DNA of 64,000 nucleotides from an uncultured Gammaproteobacteria bacterium (GCA_964416445.1 CAYQEE010000004.1:47868-111867); one strand, 5' to 3'. Counted from the stretch's first letter, positions 1 through 10,062 are shown. Translations and numbers: made by a program. The notes: generated from the letters alone by a model not told the origin.

Positions 1-420
1 TATTTGGTAATCTTAGTTGATCAAGAGAAAGCGTTATTTTTTACATTAATTGATAATGAACTTGAAGAAAAAGGTTCTCTTCAAGATGTGAGTGTACACA
101 AAAAGGTAAAAGGTGGGTATGGGGGAGAATTTTCAGATAAAGTGACACATCGATTTCAAGAAGAACTTAAAAAACACATGGAATTGATTGCACAAAATAT
201 TGATACATTTGTTGATAATAAGCCCATCATTGGAGTTATTATCGGTGGACATAAAACAACAATGCATTATCTTAAACACTATTTACCCCAGAGGTTGAAT
301 CAAAAAATATTAGGCTATTTTATTTCAGAACTCAATATACCCTTCGAAACTATTCTTTCTCAAAGTAAACAATTTTTATCAGATATTCATCTTCGCGAGC
401 TCCAAAGGTATACTGCCTAA
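1..420 (+). CDS. C-terminal part of a host-attachment/baeRF (release-factor-like) family protein; truncated by window start
   Basis: Frame open from position 1; ILVDQEKALFF...HMELIAQNID...GVIIGG...LPQRLNQKILG pattern resembles eRF1-like/baeRF domains. Confidence 0.5.
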   Translation, partial: YLVILVDQEKALFFTLIDNELEEKGSLQDVSVHKKVKGGYGGEFSDKVTHRFQEELKKHMELIAQNIDTFVDNKPIIGVIIGGHKTTMHYLKHYLPQRLNQKILGYFISELNIPFETILSQSKQFLSDIHLRELQRYTA

Positions 421-455
421 ATCCATTGCTCTTTTTTCTAAAACTGTCCACTCCG

Positions 456-1184
456 TTAGCTTTGAGGAGGTTTGAATGAACTAACTAATTGATAAAGAAC
501 CGCTTTACATTGATCCGAGGAAGGACTAAAACAGACAAATGATACAACTGCTGGCGTATTGTTAAACTTATCAGCAAGACTTGTTGTAGTGACATTTGCA
601 ATATAGCCAATTCCATCATTATGTACAACGTATCCTGCTATGGCTAACTTTGAAGGATCCGGACTTTGTGGAAGGAATGAATTGTCACTCGTGGCAAACG
701 GATTTATTATTTTTTCTGGGCTATCAACAATGACGGTAAGCTGAATACCTGATGTTGCCCATCCTCCTTGTGGACTATATTGCGTATCTTGACTAACGAA
801 AGCAGCATCAACGGTATTTGCGTTATTCGATGATGTTTGTGTTATGAGTTTTAACGAGCTCGGATAGCTAAATGAATACTGGTATCGTAATGATGTATAC
901 GTATTTTGGGTACTTTCTCCCGTAGGTACTGGAGTTTGTTGGACTGAGGTAGGAGATCTCGTAGGGTTGTCATTGATCGGTACAGTTGACGAAGTTAACT
1001 GAGACATGGTATTTTTGTTTTTCACCGAACCGTGAAAATAGAGAAAGAAACCAATACTAATACCAAAGATAAATAAGATACTATTTATTATAAATTTACT
1101 CAAGAACCGATATCGTAAAGATGTTACCACGTGAACGTCTTTTCTGATTTCACTTACTTCTGATTCAAGAGAATAATCCATCAT
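456..1184 (-). CDS. Membrane-anchored hypothetical protein (single TM, P/T/S-rich linker, PsbP-like extracellular domain)
   Basis: 242-aa ORF; TM helix, PT-rich linker, YTSLRYQYSFSYP motif. Confidence 0.6.
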   Translation of the reverse strand: MMDYSLESEVSEIRKDVHVVTSLRYRFLSKFIINSILFIFGISIGFFLYFHGSVKNKNTMSQLTSSTVPINDNPTRSPTSVQQTPVPTGESTQNTYTSLRYQYSFSYPSSLKLITQTSSNNANTVDAAFVSQDTQYSPQGGWATSGIQLTVIVDSPEKIINPFATSDNSFLPQSPDPSKLAIAGYVVHNDGIGYIANVTTTSLADKFNNTPAVVSFVCFSPSSDQCKAVLYQLVSSFKPPQS

Positions 1185-1226
1185 TACCTATTTAACTATA
1201 TTATCATTCAGAAGAAAAGTTAGCTC

Positions 1227-1424
1227 TTACTTATGTGATGATTTTGTTGGGAGAGAATGAGTTTGTGGTACAAACGTAACAAATGCAATAAGTCCAACCC
1301 CTATAATTGCTATCAGAAAGATTCCCAAAAACATTAATAATATATAAAACTTTTCTTTTTTAATATACGCATCATCTAAAACCTGTTCTGTTGGCAAATT
1401 TACGTGCTTATTATTTTGTTGCAT
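1227..1424 (-). CDS. Small single-TM membrane protein
   Basis: 65-aa ORF overlapping the end of the SPFH gene; one long hydrophobic stretch. Confidence 0.55.
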   Translation of the reverse strand: MQQNNKHVNLPTEQVLDDAYIKKEKFYILLMFLGIFLIAIIGVGLIAFVTFVPQTHSLPTKSSHK

Positions 1425-2172
1425 CTGTTTTAAGAGTTTTGATTGCTTCCTGAACTGTAGTCATAAATTGTGCTGGAAAGATAATTGTTGAATTTTTTTC
1501 AGTACTTATTTCTGCCATTGTTTGTAACGTACGCAGTTGTAATGCTACCGGATGTTTTGCAATAAGATCTGCAGCCTCACCGAGTTTTACTGCTGCTTGG
1601 AATTCTCCCTCTGCAGCAACAATTTTTGCTCTTCTTTCTCGTTCTGCTTCAGCTTCTTTAGCCATAGCCCGTTGCATATTATCAGGAAGTGTTATATCTT
1701 TAATTTCTACAGCACTCACTTCTGCTCCCCAGTTTTCCGTATGCTTATCTATCACTTTCATTATTTGCGTATTAATATCCACCGTTCGAGAAAGTAATTG
1801 ATCTAAACTAAATTGTCCAACGACATTCCTTACGGTAGTTTGGCTAATTTGATTAACGGCGCTATAAACATCTTCAACTGCCAACACTGCCTTTTTGGGA
1901 TCATTAATATGAAAGTATGCTACTGCTGCAATGTCGATAGATACATTATCTTTCGTAATGATTTTTTGAGATGGAATATTCATGGTAACCGTTCTGAAAC
2001 TTACTTTTACCATTCGTTCAAAGAGAGGAATAAGAAAAATAAGCCCAGGTCCACGAAAACCAACATATCTACCAAGAAAGAAGACTACTCCTCGTTCGTA
2101 TTCATTAACAATACGAATACTAATTAAAAAGAGAACAACAATAAGAATAACAATTCCAGTAAATAAGCCCAT
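1411..2172 (-). CDS. SPFH/stomatin (slipin) family protein
   Basis: [46 protein letters not shown] motifs. Confidence 0.95.
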   Translation of the reverse strand: MGLFTGIVILIVVLFLISIRIVNEYERGVVFFLGRYVGFRGPGLIFLIPLFERMVKVSFRTVTMNIPSQKIITKDNVSIDIAAVAYFHINDPKKAVLAVEDVYSAVNQISQTTVRNVVGQFSLDQLLSRTVDINTQIMKVIDKHTENWGAEVSAVEIKDITLPDNMQRAMAKEAEAERERRAKIVAAEGEFQAAVKLGEAADLIAKHPVALQLRTLQTMAEISTEKNSTIIFPAQFMTTVQEAIKTLKTDATK

Positions 2173-2215
2173 ATGGCATATAATAGCTTTCCTGATTATT
2201 TTGTCAATAGCGATA

Positions 2216-2386
2216 TTATTTTTTTCTCATTGCATCAATGACAATTGCAACGATCATAATAACCAACCCCAGCCAAACAATACTTAAAGCTGGTATAAGG
2301 GATGCAAGAAAAATTCCGAGCCCAAGTCCAAACAAGCTATGCATCATGACATGGGTCGTCATGCAAGCTTTCATTTTAGCATTCAT
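2216..2386 (-). CDS. Small 2-TM membrane protein (56 aa; not in ORF track)
   Basis: Hand translation [56 protein letters not shown]; AGGAGGTG RBS; TTGCAA-17-TATGCT promoter upstream. Confidence 0.8.
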   Translation of the reverse strand: MNAKMKACMTTHVMMHSLFGLGLGIFLASLIPALSIVWLGLVIMIVAIVIDAMRKK

Positions 2387-2437
2387 AGAAAACACCTCCT
2401 TTCCATTAGCATAGAGGTAGAAGTTAGCATTTGCAAG

Positions 2438-2470
2438 AAAAAAAAACAGATGGTATTGATACCATCTGTT
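2438..2470 (-). terminator. Intrinsic terminator
   Basis: Perfect inverted repeat AACAGATGGTAT/ATACCATCTGTT (2445-2470) with a U-tract on the minus strand. Confidence 0.8.
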
Positions 2471-2619
2471 AGAGAATAGATCACCTCCTCATAATGTTTT
2501 TTCTATTAAGAATGCATTGATTATTGCATCAATATTATACTATCTGTAACATAAAAATTAAGAACAATTTTTGTAAGAAAATTATGAGAAGCAAACATTA
2601 TGCCCTTTTCAATCCGTTA

Positions 2620-3207
2620 CTATAGCCGCTTCATTATAAGATAGACCAAAATCGCAAGAGCCTCAGTGAATAAGAACTTATTCCGAAGGAGAATATTTTG
2701 TGAACAAGGACTGTTTATTGCCGGTGAAACAGAAAAATTAAGACCAAGTTTTCTTGCAATTAAAGCAGTGCGAGGCATATGCACTGGATCAGTAACAATA
2801 AGAACAGAATGAAAATTATTCTTATCCATAATATTCTTGGTAAAAACAATATTTTCAAACGTAGAATGTGCATGTGATTCTAAAATAATCTTATCTGCGG
2901 AAATACCTCTGTCACGCACCATAGTATTCATGGTAGAGGATTCGCTTGAAACTCCTCTTGCACTTCTTCCACCTGAGAGAAGTATTTTTTTCCCATATCC
3001 CTGTTCAAACAACAAGATTCCATGTTTCACACGAGCAACTAAACAAGGATTAGTTTTACTACTTCCTTTTACATTTGGTAAAGCTCCGAGAACAAGAATT
3101 ATATCTGACTTTTTACGAGTGTCAATGAATGATTTCTGATAGATATAAAAAACTTCAAAAAGGAAAACAAGAATTCCAAGTGATATGAGAATCAGCAAAA
3201 CAATCAT
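2620..3207 (-). CDS. YdcF/DUF218 family protein
   Basis: N-terminal TM; ILVLGA, ILLSGG, LESHAHSTFENI, IVTDPVHMPR motifs. Confidence 0.9.
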   Translation of the reverse strand: MIVLLILISLGILVFLFEVFYIYQKSFIDTRKKSDIILVLGALPNVKGSSKTNPCLVARVKHGILLFEQGYGKKILLSGGRSARGVSSESSTMNTMVRDRGISADKIILESHAHSTFENIVFTKNIMDKNNFHSVLIVTDPVHMPRTALIARKLGLNFSVSPAINSPCSQNILLRNKFLFTEALAILVYLIMKRL

Positions 3208-3216
3208 GAATAATGA

Positions 3217-3471
3217 TTATTCTCGTACAACCGTAATACTACATTCTGTGATAAGTGCTGCTATAGCACCAATTGCAGCAAGTACAGGTGCAATTGCAAT
3301 TCCAACGACACCAATGGTTAAAGGAAATTCTGCGAGGCTTTTACCTGACTTATCTTTGATAATTATTTTTCTTACATTACCTTCTTTTATTAAATCTTTT
3401 ACTTTCTCAATTACTCTATCTCCTTGAATATGAAACGTCTCTTCTTTTTTTTGCTGTTTCGTATTACTCAT
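3217..3471 (-). CDS. DUF4342 domain protein
   Basis: VIEKVKDLIKEGNVRKIIIK...EFPLTIG...APVLAAIGAIAALITECSITV; start moved to the ATG just after a TATACT box. Confidence 0.85.
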   Translation of the reverse strand: MSNTKQQKKEETFHIQGDRVIEKVKDLIKEGNVRKIIIKDKSGKSLAEFPLTIGVVGIAIAPVLAAIGAIAALITECSITVVRE

Positions 3472-3529
3472 AGCAAGAGTATAGCATATTTTTTTGACTT
3501 TAAATAACCTCATAGTATAATAGCCACCT

Positions 3530-4903
3530 ATGGCTCATCTACAGGAATCAATAAGACATCGGTTTATACGTGGTAATTATGCCAGTTGGAGTGACTTACT
3601 CTCCAGAAGATTACCTTTCGGAGGGATTGTCGAAGATTACTCATCTCTTCTTACCAACTCACAGAGATTCTTACTAGAATCTCCTACCATAGGGTATCGC
3701 TTTCTTCAAAGAGCAAAAAATGCCTTAGGAAAAAATCCTGACATCAAGATCTCATCAGTAGAGAGACAAGTTAATGGCTGGTTTACCACTGCTCAACAAT
3801 ATGCTGACCAATATGGCGTATTTGATTATAAAGGAGTTCATAAAACTGCTTTTAGTTGGCAACTCAATGGACAACCTGACGCAGCTATTATTGCTCACAC
3901 AAATATTTTGACTCGAACAAAGAAAGAATTAGCAACTATCGATGAAACTAAATTTAAATCTCCCGAAACAAAAGAATTACGAAGAAAAGAGTTACAAGCT
4001 TGGGAAGCAAGAGCAAATCATTACATTGGTATTTCATATCAATCATCACATAAAAGTGATTTTAAAAAAGCAATTGAATACCAAGAACTCGCTAAAGCAC
4101 AATATCAATTACTAATACAAGATATTTCACTTGAAAAATTATCCTCTACTCATGAACTCTCTGAATTTCAAATATCATTATTTAATGAACTACTAAATGT
4201 CTCTCGCAACTTGGAGAATAATAAAGCAAAATATGCCTATCAACGGCAAGTAAGTCCTCAGATACCACAACAAGATCATATAACAATGACACAAGCAAGC
4301 GCATTAATTCAACAAAGTGCACAACGCATGTCAGATGCAATCAATAAAGGAAAAGAATTTGTTACCCTCTCTGGAAAAGGAGCTGATACTGTTGGTATTA
4401 CTCTCAGTAAACGAGGTTTGATATACAATCACCTTGGTAATTTTCGAGCTGCTCTCACCGACCAGCTCGAAGCGCTCAATTATTTAGGACAAGTACATCA
4501 TTATTATTTTGATGGCCAAGTATTTGATGGTATAGCTGATATTTTCAGTACTATTGCACAAGAAGCAATGAACAAAACACAATTTTATGAATTAGCATTT
4601 TTAGCAGATATGGTTGCATATGGAATTCTCTGCAACTCTTCCAAACCAGACGAATACCTTGCGCAAAAAAAAAGTTATCGAGAAAAAGCAAAAGGGTTTG
4701 CTCAAGAAATACAAAAACGAAGAGGATACAATACACCGTTACTCGATACTGTAACTCCTCTTCTTGATGAAACAGTTTCTTTTGAAGCAGATATTCCTCT
4801 TATAGAGAGGTACACACAAGACATTGCTTTGACAAGAGCACAGCAATTTATTACCGACTTACTTGTTCTCCAAACCAGGACCAATTTTCTTAATCTTCCT
4901 TAA
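3530..4903 (+). CDS. Hypothetical alpha-helical (TPR-like) protein
   Basis: 457-aa ORF with TPR-like segments (HYIGISYQ...KAIEYQELA; RGLIYNHLGNFRAALTDQLEAL); TATAAT 8 nt before ATG. Confidence 0.65.
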   Translation: MAHLQESIRHRFIRGNYASWSDLLSRRLPFGGIVEDYSSLLTNSQRFLLESPTIGYRFLQRAKNALGKNPDIKISSVERQVNGWFTTAQQYADQYGVFDYKGVHKTAFSWQLNGQPDAAIIAHTNILTRTKKELATIDETKFKSPETKELRRKELQAWEARANHYIGISYQSSHKSDFKKAIEYQELAKAQYQLLIQDISLEKLSSTHELSEFQISLFNELLNVSRNLENNKAKYAYQRQVSPQIPQQDHITMTQASALIQQSAQRMSDAINKGKEFVTLSGKGADTVGITLSKRGLIYNHLGNFRAALTDQLEALNYLGQVHHYYFDGQVFDGIADIFSTIAQEAMNKTQFYELAFLADMVAYGILCNSSKPDEYLAQKKSYREKAKGFAQEIQKRRGYNTPLLDTVTPLLDETVSFEADIPLIERYTQDIALTRAQQFITDLLVLQTRTNFLNLP

Positions 4904-5695
4904 ACCTTTGGTAATACTCCTTATAAAGTCAGATCGGAATGAACTGCTATTCAGAGCTTCAATAATTTGTTCAGTTATTCCCCCTTTTGTTGCTACAGAT
5001 TGCTGTAATGATAACGGTGATATTCCCGTTTTCTTCAAGTACGCGATAGTCCCACCATAAATTTGCAAGGCGACTTGATTTGCAATGTCGTTATCCAATC
5101 CGTACGATTTCATTGTATTTGCAAACAACTCTATCAAATAACTTACCAGAGCTGGACCACACCCCGGAATAAGACTCATAATGTCGAGAAGGTTCTCAGA
5201 ATCACAAATAATCACTTTTCCAAGAAGGGAAAAAAGGGAAACCATTGCTTGGTTAGTTTTACTATTCACGCTGTTATTACTTTTGTAACCAATGACTCCT
5301 TCACCAAAAGCAACAGGTATATTAGGCATTATCCTAATAATTTTTTGTTTCTTTGACGTGAATTTTTCCAGCTCTTGTAAGGAAATACCTGCAACTACTG
5401 AGATAAAAATTTTGTTCACTAACATATCTCGAAATTCCTTCACTATATGAACGGTAGCAGGTTTAACGCATAAAATTATGATATCTCCGTTGCTGATAGC
5501 CTCATTATTATTCTTAGTAACACGAATATTATAGCGTCGCGATATTTCCAATAAATGATTCCCCGAAGGATTAGAAATAATAAGATTTTTATGATCTACT
5601 TTTCCACTAAACAACATGCCTGCAAGCAAGGCCTTGCCCATATGACCAGCACCAATAATGGCTATGTTATTTACATTTTGTTTGACCTTTTCCAT
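4859..5695 (-). CDS. proC: Pyrroline-5-carboxylate reductase
   Basis: IAIIGAGHMG, ILCVKP, RIMPNIP, GCGPA, VATKGGIT. Confidence 0.95.
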   Translation of the reverse strand: MEKVKQNVNNIAIIGAGHMGKALLAGMLFSGKVDHKNLIISNPSGNHLLEISRRYNIRVTKNNNEAISNGDIIILCVKPATVHIVKEFRDMLVNKIFISVVAGISLQELEKFTSKKQKIIRIMPNIPVAFGEGVIGYKSNNSVNSKTNQAMVSLFSLLGKVIICDSENLLDIMSLIPGCGPALVSYLIELFANTMKSYGLDNDIANQVALQIYGGTIAYLKKTGISPLSLQQSVATKGGITEQIIEALNSSSFRSDFIRSITKGLRKIKKIGPGLENK

Positions 5696-6917
5696 ATGCT
5701 ATCCATTTATACGTAGTTAATTCCCTTAAGCCAACTGGACCTCGGGCATGAAGTTTCCCCGTTGCTGTTCCCATCTCTGCGCCCATACCAAATTCGCCTC
5801 CATCATGCAGTCTGGATGAACAATTAACCATTATTCCTGCTGCATCAACAGTGGCAATAAACTGATCAACTGTATGTGTATCTTCGGATATAATCACTTC
5901 TGTATGGCCATGTGTCCGTTGAGCTACAAAATGCAAAGCTTGTTTTACTGAAGATACTGTTTTAACAGCTAATATATTATCTAAAAATTCAGTAACATAG
6001 TCCTCTGAGGTTGCAAGGTGGCTATGTTTCATGTAGTGTTTGGATTTGGTATCAGCTCGTATTTCACATTTTTTTTCATATAAAAGCGTATCCAGTTTTT
6101 CTAAGAATTCCTGTGCAATCTGCTCATGTACGATAACAAGATCAAGAGCATTACAGACTCCGAACTTATTTGTCTTTGAGTTAACACAAACATCAAGTGC
6201 AATATCCAACCTTGCTGATTTATCTATATACATACATGCTCCCCCAGCGGCGTGATATAACACAGGAATACGAGATTTTTCAGCCACTGTAGTAGTCAGT
6301 TGATAACTCCCTCGAGGTATGACAACATCAATAAGATCATTTCTTGTTAAGACATATTCTATATCCGAGTGTGTTAATTCTAAAAAGGTAACAGCATGTA
6401 AACTGATACTAAATCGCTCAAGAACATCATGTACACATTTCACTAATTCTCTATTTGTCTGCAGAGCTTCAGATCCACCTTTTAAAATAACCGCATTACC
6501 AGCTTTAAGGCAAAGCGCCATTGCATCGATGGTTACATTTGGCCGTGATTCATATATCATTGCAATTACCCCTAACGGAAAACGCTTTTTTTGCAAAAGC
6601 ACAGCATTTTCTAATATTTTCTGTTCGATAATTTCACCAAGAACATCGTCTAGTTGTGCTACGGCTTCTAATTGATTTATCATTCCATTAAATACTTTTT
6701 CCGAAAGAGTTAATCTATCTAGAAATGCTCGAGTAAATCCTCCGTTTGTTGCCTGAGAAACATCACGGTTATTTGCCTTCATAATTCTCGTTTCATTCGC
6801 TCGCAAACACTGAGCAATTTCCATAAGAAGTTTTTTCTTCTTATAACCACGTACCTGTAATAGTTCTTTTGATGCTTTTTTCGTTAATTGTAATGATTTT
6901 TCAATCGATATATTCAT
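5667..6917 (-). CDS. proA: Gamma-glutamyl phosphate reductase
   Basis: PLGVIAMIYESRPNVT, LKGGSEA, GVCNA, DGGEFGMGAEMG, KLHARGPVGL. Confidence 0.97.
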   Translation of the reverse strand: MNISIEKSLQLTKKASKELLQVRGYKKKKLLMEIAQCLRANETRIMKANNRDVSQATNGGFTRAFLDRLTLSEKVFNGMINQLEAVAQLDDVLGEIIEQKILENAVLLQKKRFPLGVIAMIYESRPNVTIDAMALCLKAGNAVILKGGSEALQTNRELVKCVHDVLERFSISLHAVTFLELTHSDIEYVLTRNDLIDVVIPRGSYQLTTTVAEKSRIPVLYHAAGGACMYIDKSARLDIALDVCVNSKTNKFGVCNALDLVIVHEQIAQEFLEKLDTLLYEKKCEIRADTKSKHYMKHSHLATSEDYVTEFLDNILAVKTVSSVKQALHFVAQRTHGHTEVIISEDTHTVDQFIATVDAAGIMVNCSSRLHDGGEFGMGAEMGTATGKLHARGPVGLRELTTYKWIAYGKGQTKCK

Positions 6918-6921
6918 ATAA

Positions 6922-7650
6922 TTAGTAAAGTCTTGTACCAATATGTTCTTCTTGAATAATTAATCTCGTCAAAATATTTTTTGTTTTCCCGTGGACAATC
7001 CAACTATTGATCCCAGCTTTTCTTGCCGTAAATGCTGCTTGTATTTTCGCTTTCATACCTCCTACTTCACCTTTATCTGTTTGTTTTATAACTGTTGCCA
7101 TTTTCATTCCTTGCGTAAAAACTTTTATTATCTGCATGTGTTGATCATAAACTCCATCCACATCCGTCATAAGAAGCAATTCATGTGCTTGGATTAGTTT
7201 TGCTATTTCACATGCTAAATTGTCATTTCCTTGAAAACTATGTAAGTCTACCATGTCATTTTCATTGACAATAACAACAATGTTTTGTTCCATCGCTTGA
7301 AGTAAAATAGTTTTTAAATTGTTTTTTTTCTTATGATCTTCGAATTCATTCTGCGTAAGAAGTAATTGAGCAATAACAATCTTATGTTTTTCAAATAGCC
7401 TAAAAAGATGAGAAGTTATATATGCCTGTCCTATTCCACCAAGCAATGATTTATTACATTCCATATCATCAACTGATTCGAATACTTTCCTTCCACAGGT
7501 TACTGCGCCAGATATCACAATAATCACCTGTACTCTATGGTTTTGAAGTATTTTAACTTGTTTAACTACAGTCTCCATTCGATACATATCGAGAATATTT
7601 TCACGAGTTGTTACAATACTTCTCCCAATTTTAATAACTATTTTTTTCAT
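6922..7650 (-). CDS. proB: Glutamate 5-kinase (no PUA domain)
   Basis: IVIKIG, VISGAV, GQA, IVNEND, GNDNLA, TDVDG, GGMKAKIQAA. Confidence 0.95.
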   Translation of the reverse strand: MKKIVIKIGRSIVTTRENILDMYRMETVVKQVKILQNHRVQVIIVISGAVTCGRKVFESVDDMECNKSLLGGIGQAYITSHLFRLFEKHKIVIAQLLLTQNEFEDHKKKNNLKTILLQAMEQNIVVIVNENDMVDLHSFQGNDNLACEIAKLIQAHELLLMTDVDGVYDQHMQIIKVFTQGMKMATVIKQTDKGEVGGMKAKIQAAFTARKAGINSWIVHGKTKNILTRLIIQEEHIGTRLY

Positions 7651-7877
7651 AAAAAAACCTCGTCATCGCTAAACACCTTTGTGTTTAACAAGGACGAGGC
7701 TACTCGTGGTACCACCTTGCTTTATCTTAAAAAAAACACACCATAAAGGTGTGCCGTTATAAGAACTTATTCGTGCTCCGATAGTTACCGACACACATAG
7801 AGAAAGATTACGGTGCTCCTCCGTCGTACTCATCGTACGCAGCTCATTGAGCGGGAAACTCAACTAATAACGCTTTT
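7651..7877 (-). ncRNA. Proline T-box riboswitch with ultrashort Stem I
   Basis: Minus-strand antiterminator CAAGG-UGGUACC-ACGAG-UAGC-CUCGU-CCUUG (7689-7719), alternative terminator CCUCGUC...GACGAGG-U7, hairpin GUUGAG-UUUCCCG-CUCAAU with Pro codon, directly upstream of proB. Confidence 0.88.
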
Positions 7878-7884
7878 CATTTCT

Positions 7885-7913
7885 AGAATACCATATTTCT
7901 TTCATGATGTAAA
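7885..7913 (-). promoter_or_regulatory. Sigma70-type promoter for the T-box/proBAC transcript
   Basis: TTTACA-17 nt-TATTCT with TGn extension. Confidence 0.6.
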
Positions 7914-7920
7914 GTAATGA

Positions 7921-9198
7921 TCATTTCCATGAAGCTATTTCTCTTTTTACTGTTAATGCAGCTACTGCCGCTCCTTTTACACCTGCTTTTGAAATTCGAA
8001 CAAAGGTAATTCGTTTATGACAGATTTCTTGAGCATACATACTGACTTGATCTCTATAAAAGGGTACTCCCCAAAATACCGAACCTTCTATTGGGATAAT
8101 AACCCGTTTTTTAGGAAACTCCTTTGGAAACGTTACAATAATAGTTCCGATCATCGTACCAACTAACTGAGCAGATCGTTTTGTGATCCGTTGAGCAATT
8201 TCATAAAAAAGCTCATTATACATCTCATAGTTATCTTGTTGATTTGGGAGTCTTTTAAATCGTAATATATGACTCACATGCCCTGAAGAGTAAGTAGCTT
8301 GAAAATGTTTCGGAAGTATTCCCTGTTCAACATACAACTCGATAACACGTTGGAATGTTTGACCAAGGTATAATCCTGATATTTGCTTCTCTGCAATTCC
8401 TCCTCCGGGATTATTACTTTTTTCGTCGATATGCATAACAATTGGAGAAAGAGGAATATGGAAAAAACTTCCCGATTCTGTATTGTAGATATATTCTTTA
8501 ACGGTAATAGCAAGATTAAAACCCGTACCTAATACTCCACCTATTGCTGCCATTTTATCTGCTAACATAACTGCTGGAGTATCATTCAACACAACCAGCG
8601 GCACAGATCCAATAGGATACTTTTCATTAATAAAAGTAAGGAGTGTTTTTCCAATAGGTAATTTACTAATTCCTGGAATGATAAAATCTTTTGGTAATTT
8701 TTCCGAAGAAACAAGATCAATACCATACGCTTTTTTTAATGAAGTACCAGGGAATGAATAAATAATTGCGATAGCATGGGGTATTTTACCAAACAACCCA
8801 TCTAACTGAGCAAGAACATGTTCAAAAAAATCAAGTGGATTTGCAAAGATGTTTCTATTAATTTTCTTCTTAAAAAAAATATCATTCTTACCTTGTTTCA
8901 CGAGAACAGGTTTTGCATATTTATTGATTATGACTCGAGCACCATAGATATGTGTTCCTCCAATTTCTATAACAATTGCTTCCTCACCCGGAATAAGTTT
9001 TGTATGATGAACTCTTTTTAAATGAGTTGGAAGCATTTGTAAACTACTTTTCTCTTTTTGTAATCCACTTTGTAGTTCTTGTTTATACTTTTTAGAAATT
9101 TGCAGTAAATCATTTTCTGAAAATATCGTTAACCCAATCTTATCGACAAGGGTAGCAATATTAGACAAAGATTTGTGTGAACGTTTATTCGATTTCAT
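7921..9198 (-). CDS. Hexokinase family protein (eukaryotic-type hexokinase fold)
   Basis: SSLQMLPT, EIGGT, YSFP, LNDT, GTGFN, EKQISGLYLG, EGSVF motifs. Confidence 0.85.
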   Translation of the reverse strand: MKSNKRSHKSLSNIATLVDKIGLTIFSENDLLQISKKYKQELQSGLQKEKSSLQMLPTHLKRVHHTKLIPGEEAIVIEIGGTHIYGARVIINKYAKPVLVKQGKNDIFFKKKINRNIFANPLDFFEHVLAQLDGLFGKIPHAIAIIYSFPGTSLKKAYGIDLVSSEKLPKDFIIPGISKLPIGKTLLTFINEKYPIGSVPLVVLNDTPAVMLADKMAAIGGVLGTGFNLAITVKEYIYNTESGSFFHIPLSPIVMHIDEKSNNPGGGIAEKQISGLYLGQTFQRVIELYVEQGILPKHFQATYSSGHVSHILRFKRLPNQQDNYEMYNELFYEIAQRITKRSAQLVGTMIGTIIVTFPKEFPKKRVIIPIEGSVFWGVPFYRDQVSMYAQEICHKRITFVRISKAGVKGAAVAALTVKREIASWK

Positions 9199-9282
9199 AA
9201 AATTATTGTGAGTACTATAGCACGTTTTTAATAGTACACACGCGACGATCCATTTCTACGATATCAATTATCTTTGTACAAA

Positions 9283-9954
9283 TTAGTGAATTCCAAAAAA
9301 TCTAAAAAAATTTTTCTCATGTCCAAGCTGTTGAAAATACGTAAGAATTCCGGTAACTTGCAAGTTATAAATAAATACTAATATTGCCGTTACAATGAGA
9401 ATGATAAGTAAGACATAGAAAATTCTTGTTGCCCAATGCAATTGGGAAAGAATTAGATGTCTTTCAATAAAATGGGGACTGTATATTTCATAAAGTAATT
9501 CTCCTAATAAAAATCCTCTTCCCGAAATAAAAAATTCTTTTGGGGTATGAAGAAAATCTTCAGTAATACGTTCTTTTTTTATATCAAATTCACTATATCT
9601 TGAGACTTCTTTAATAAACCCCATCACATATAAATTTCCAATAACATGCATTATTTCAAATTGATTCAAAGCATTCTCTTCTATCCATTGAAGATTTTCT
9701 TCATTATGAGAGATTTTTTTAGCTATTGCGATAATTTGATGGCTAATTATTTTATTGGTAATAAGAAATTGCGCGCTCAGAGGTTTACCAATATGGATAT
9801 TATCTTCCGAGTAATACCAGTAAAGGAGAGCTTTCCCATATAACCAATATCTATTCCGTGTTTTCTCTATTTTTGCCCCTTTTTTAAGGTAGTTTTGGTA
9901 AAGTTTCAGTTTCTCGAGAAATGCAAAATTACCGGGAAAATCCATGATTTCCAT
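9283..9954 (-). CDS. Hypothetical protein with C-terminal TM helix
   Basis: 223-aa ORF; no family recognised. Confidence 0.55.
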   Translation of the reverse strand: MEIMDFPGNFAFLEKLKLYQNYLKKGAKIEKTRNRYWLYGKALLYWYYSEDNIHIGKPLSAQFLITNKIISHQIIAIAKKISHNEENLQWIEENALNQFEIMHVIGNLYVMGFIKEVSRYSEFDIKKERITEDFLHTPKEFFISGRGFLLGELLYEIYSPHFIERHLILSQLHWATRIFYVLLIILIVTAILVFIYNLQVTGILTYFQQLGHEKNFFRFFGIH

Positions 9955-10062
9955 ACGTACCGATTACCTTACTCTACTAACTAAAAAATGTCAATTTACT
10001 CAATATTTTATCCATGAGAAGTATTCTAGTATTCTAAGCAAAAAATATGTATACTTGTTAGT

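Noticed and set aside
2479-2489. GATCACCTCCT as a 16S rRNA fragment
   Set aside because: Only 11 nt match and the flanks are not rRNA-like; better read as an SD on the minus strand.
7669-7863. 64-aa ORF upstream of proB
   Set aside because: Coincides with the T-box RNA; no protein features.
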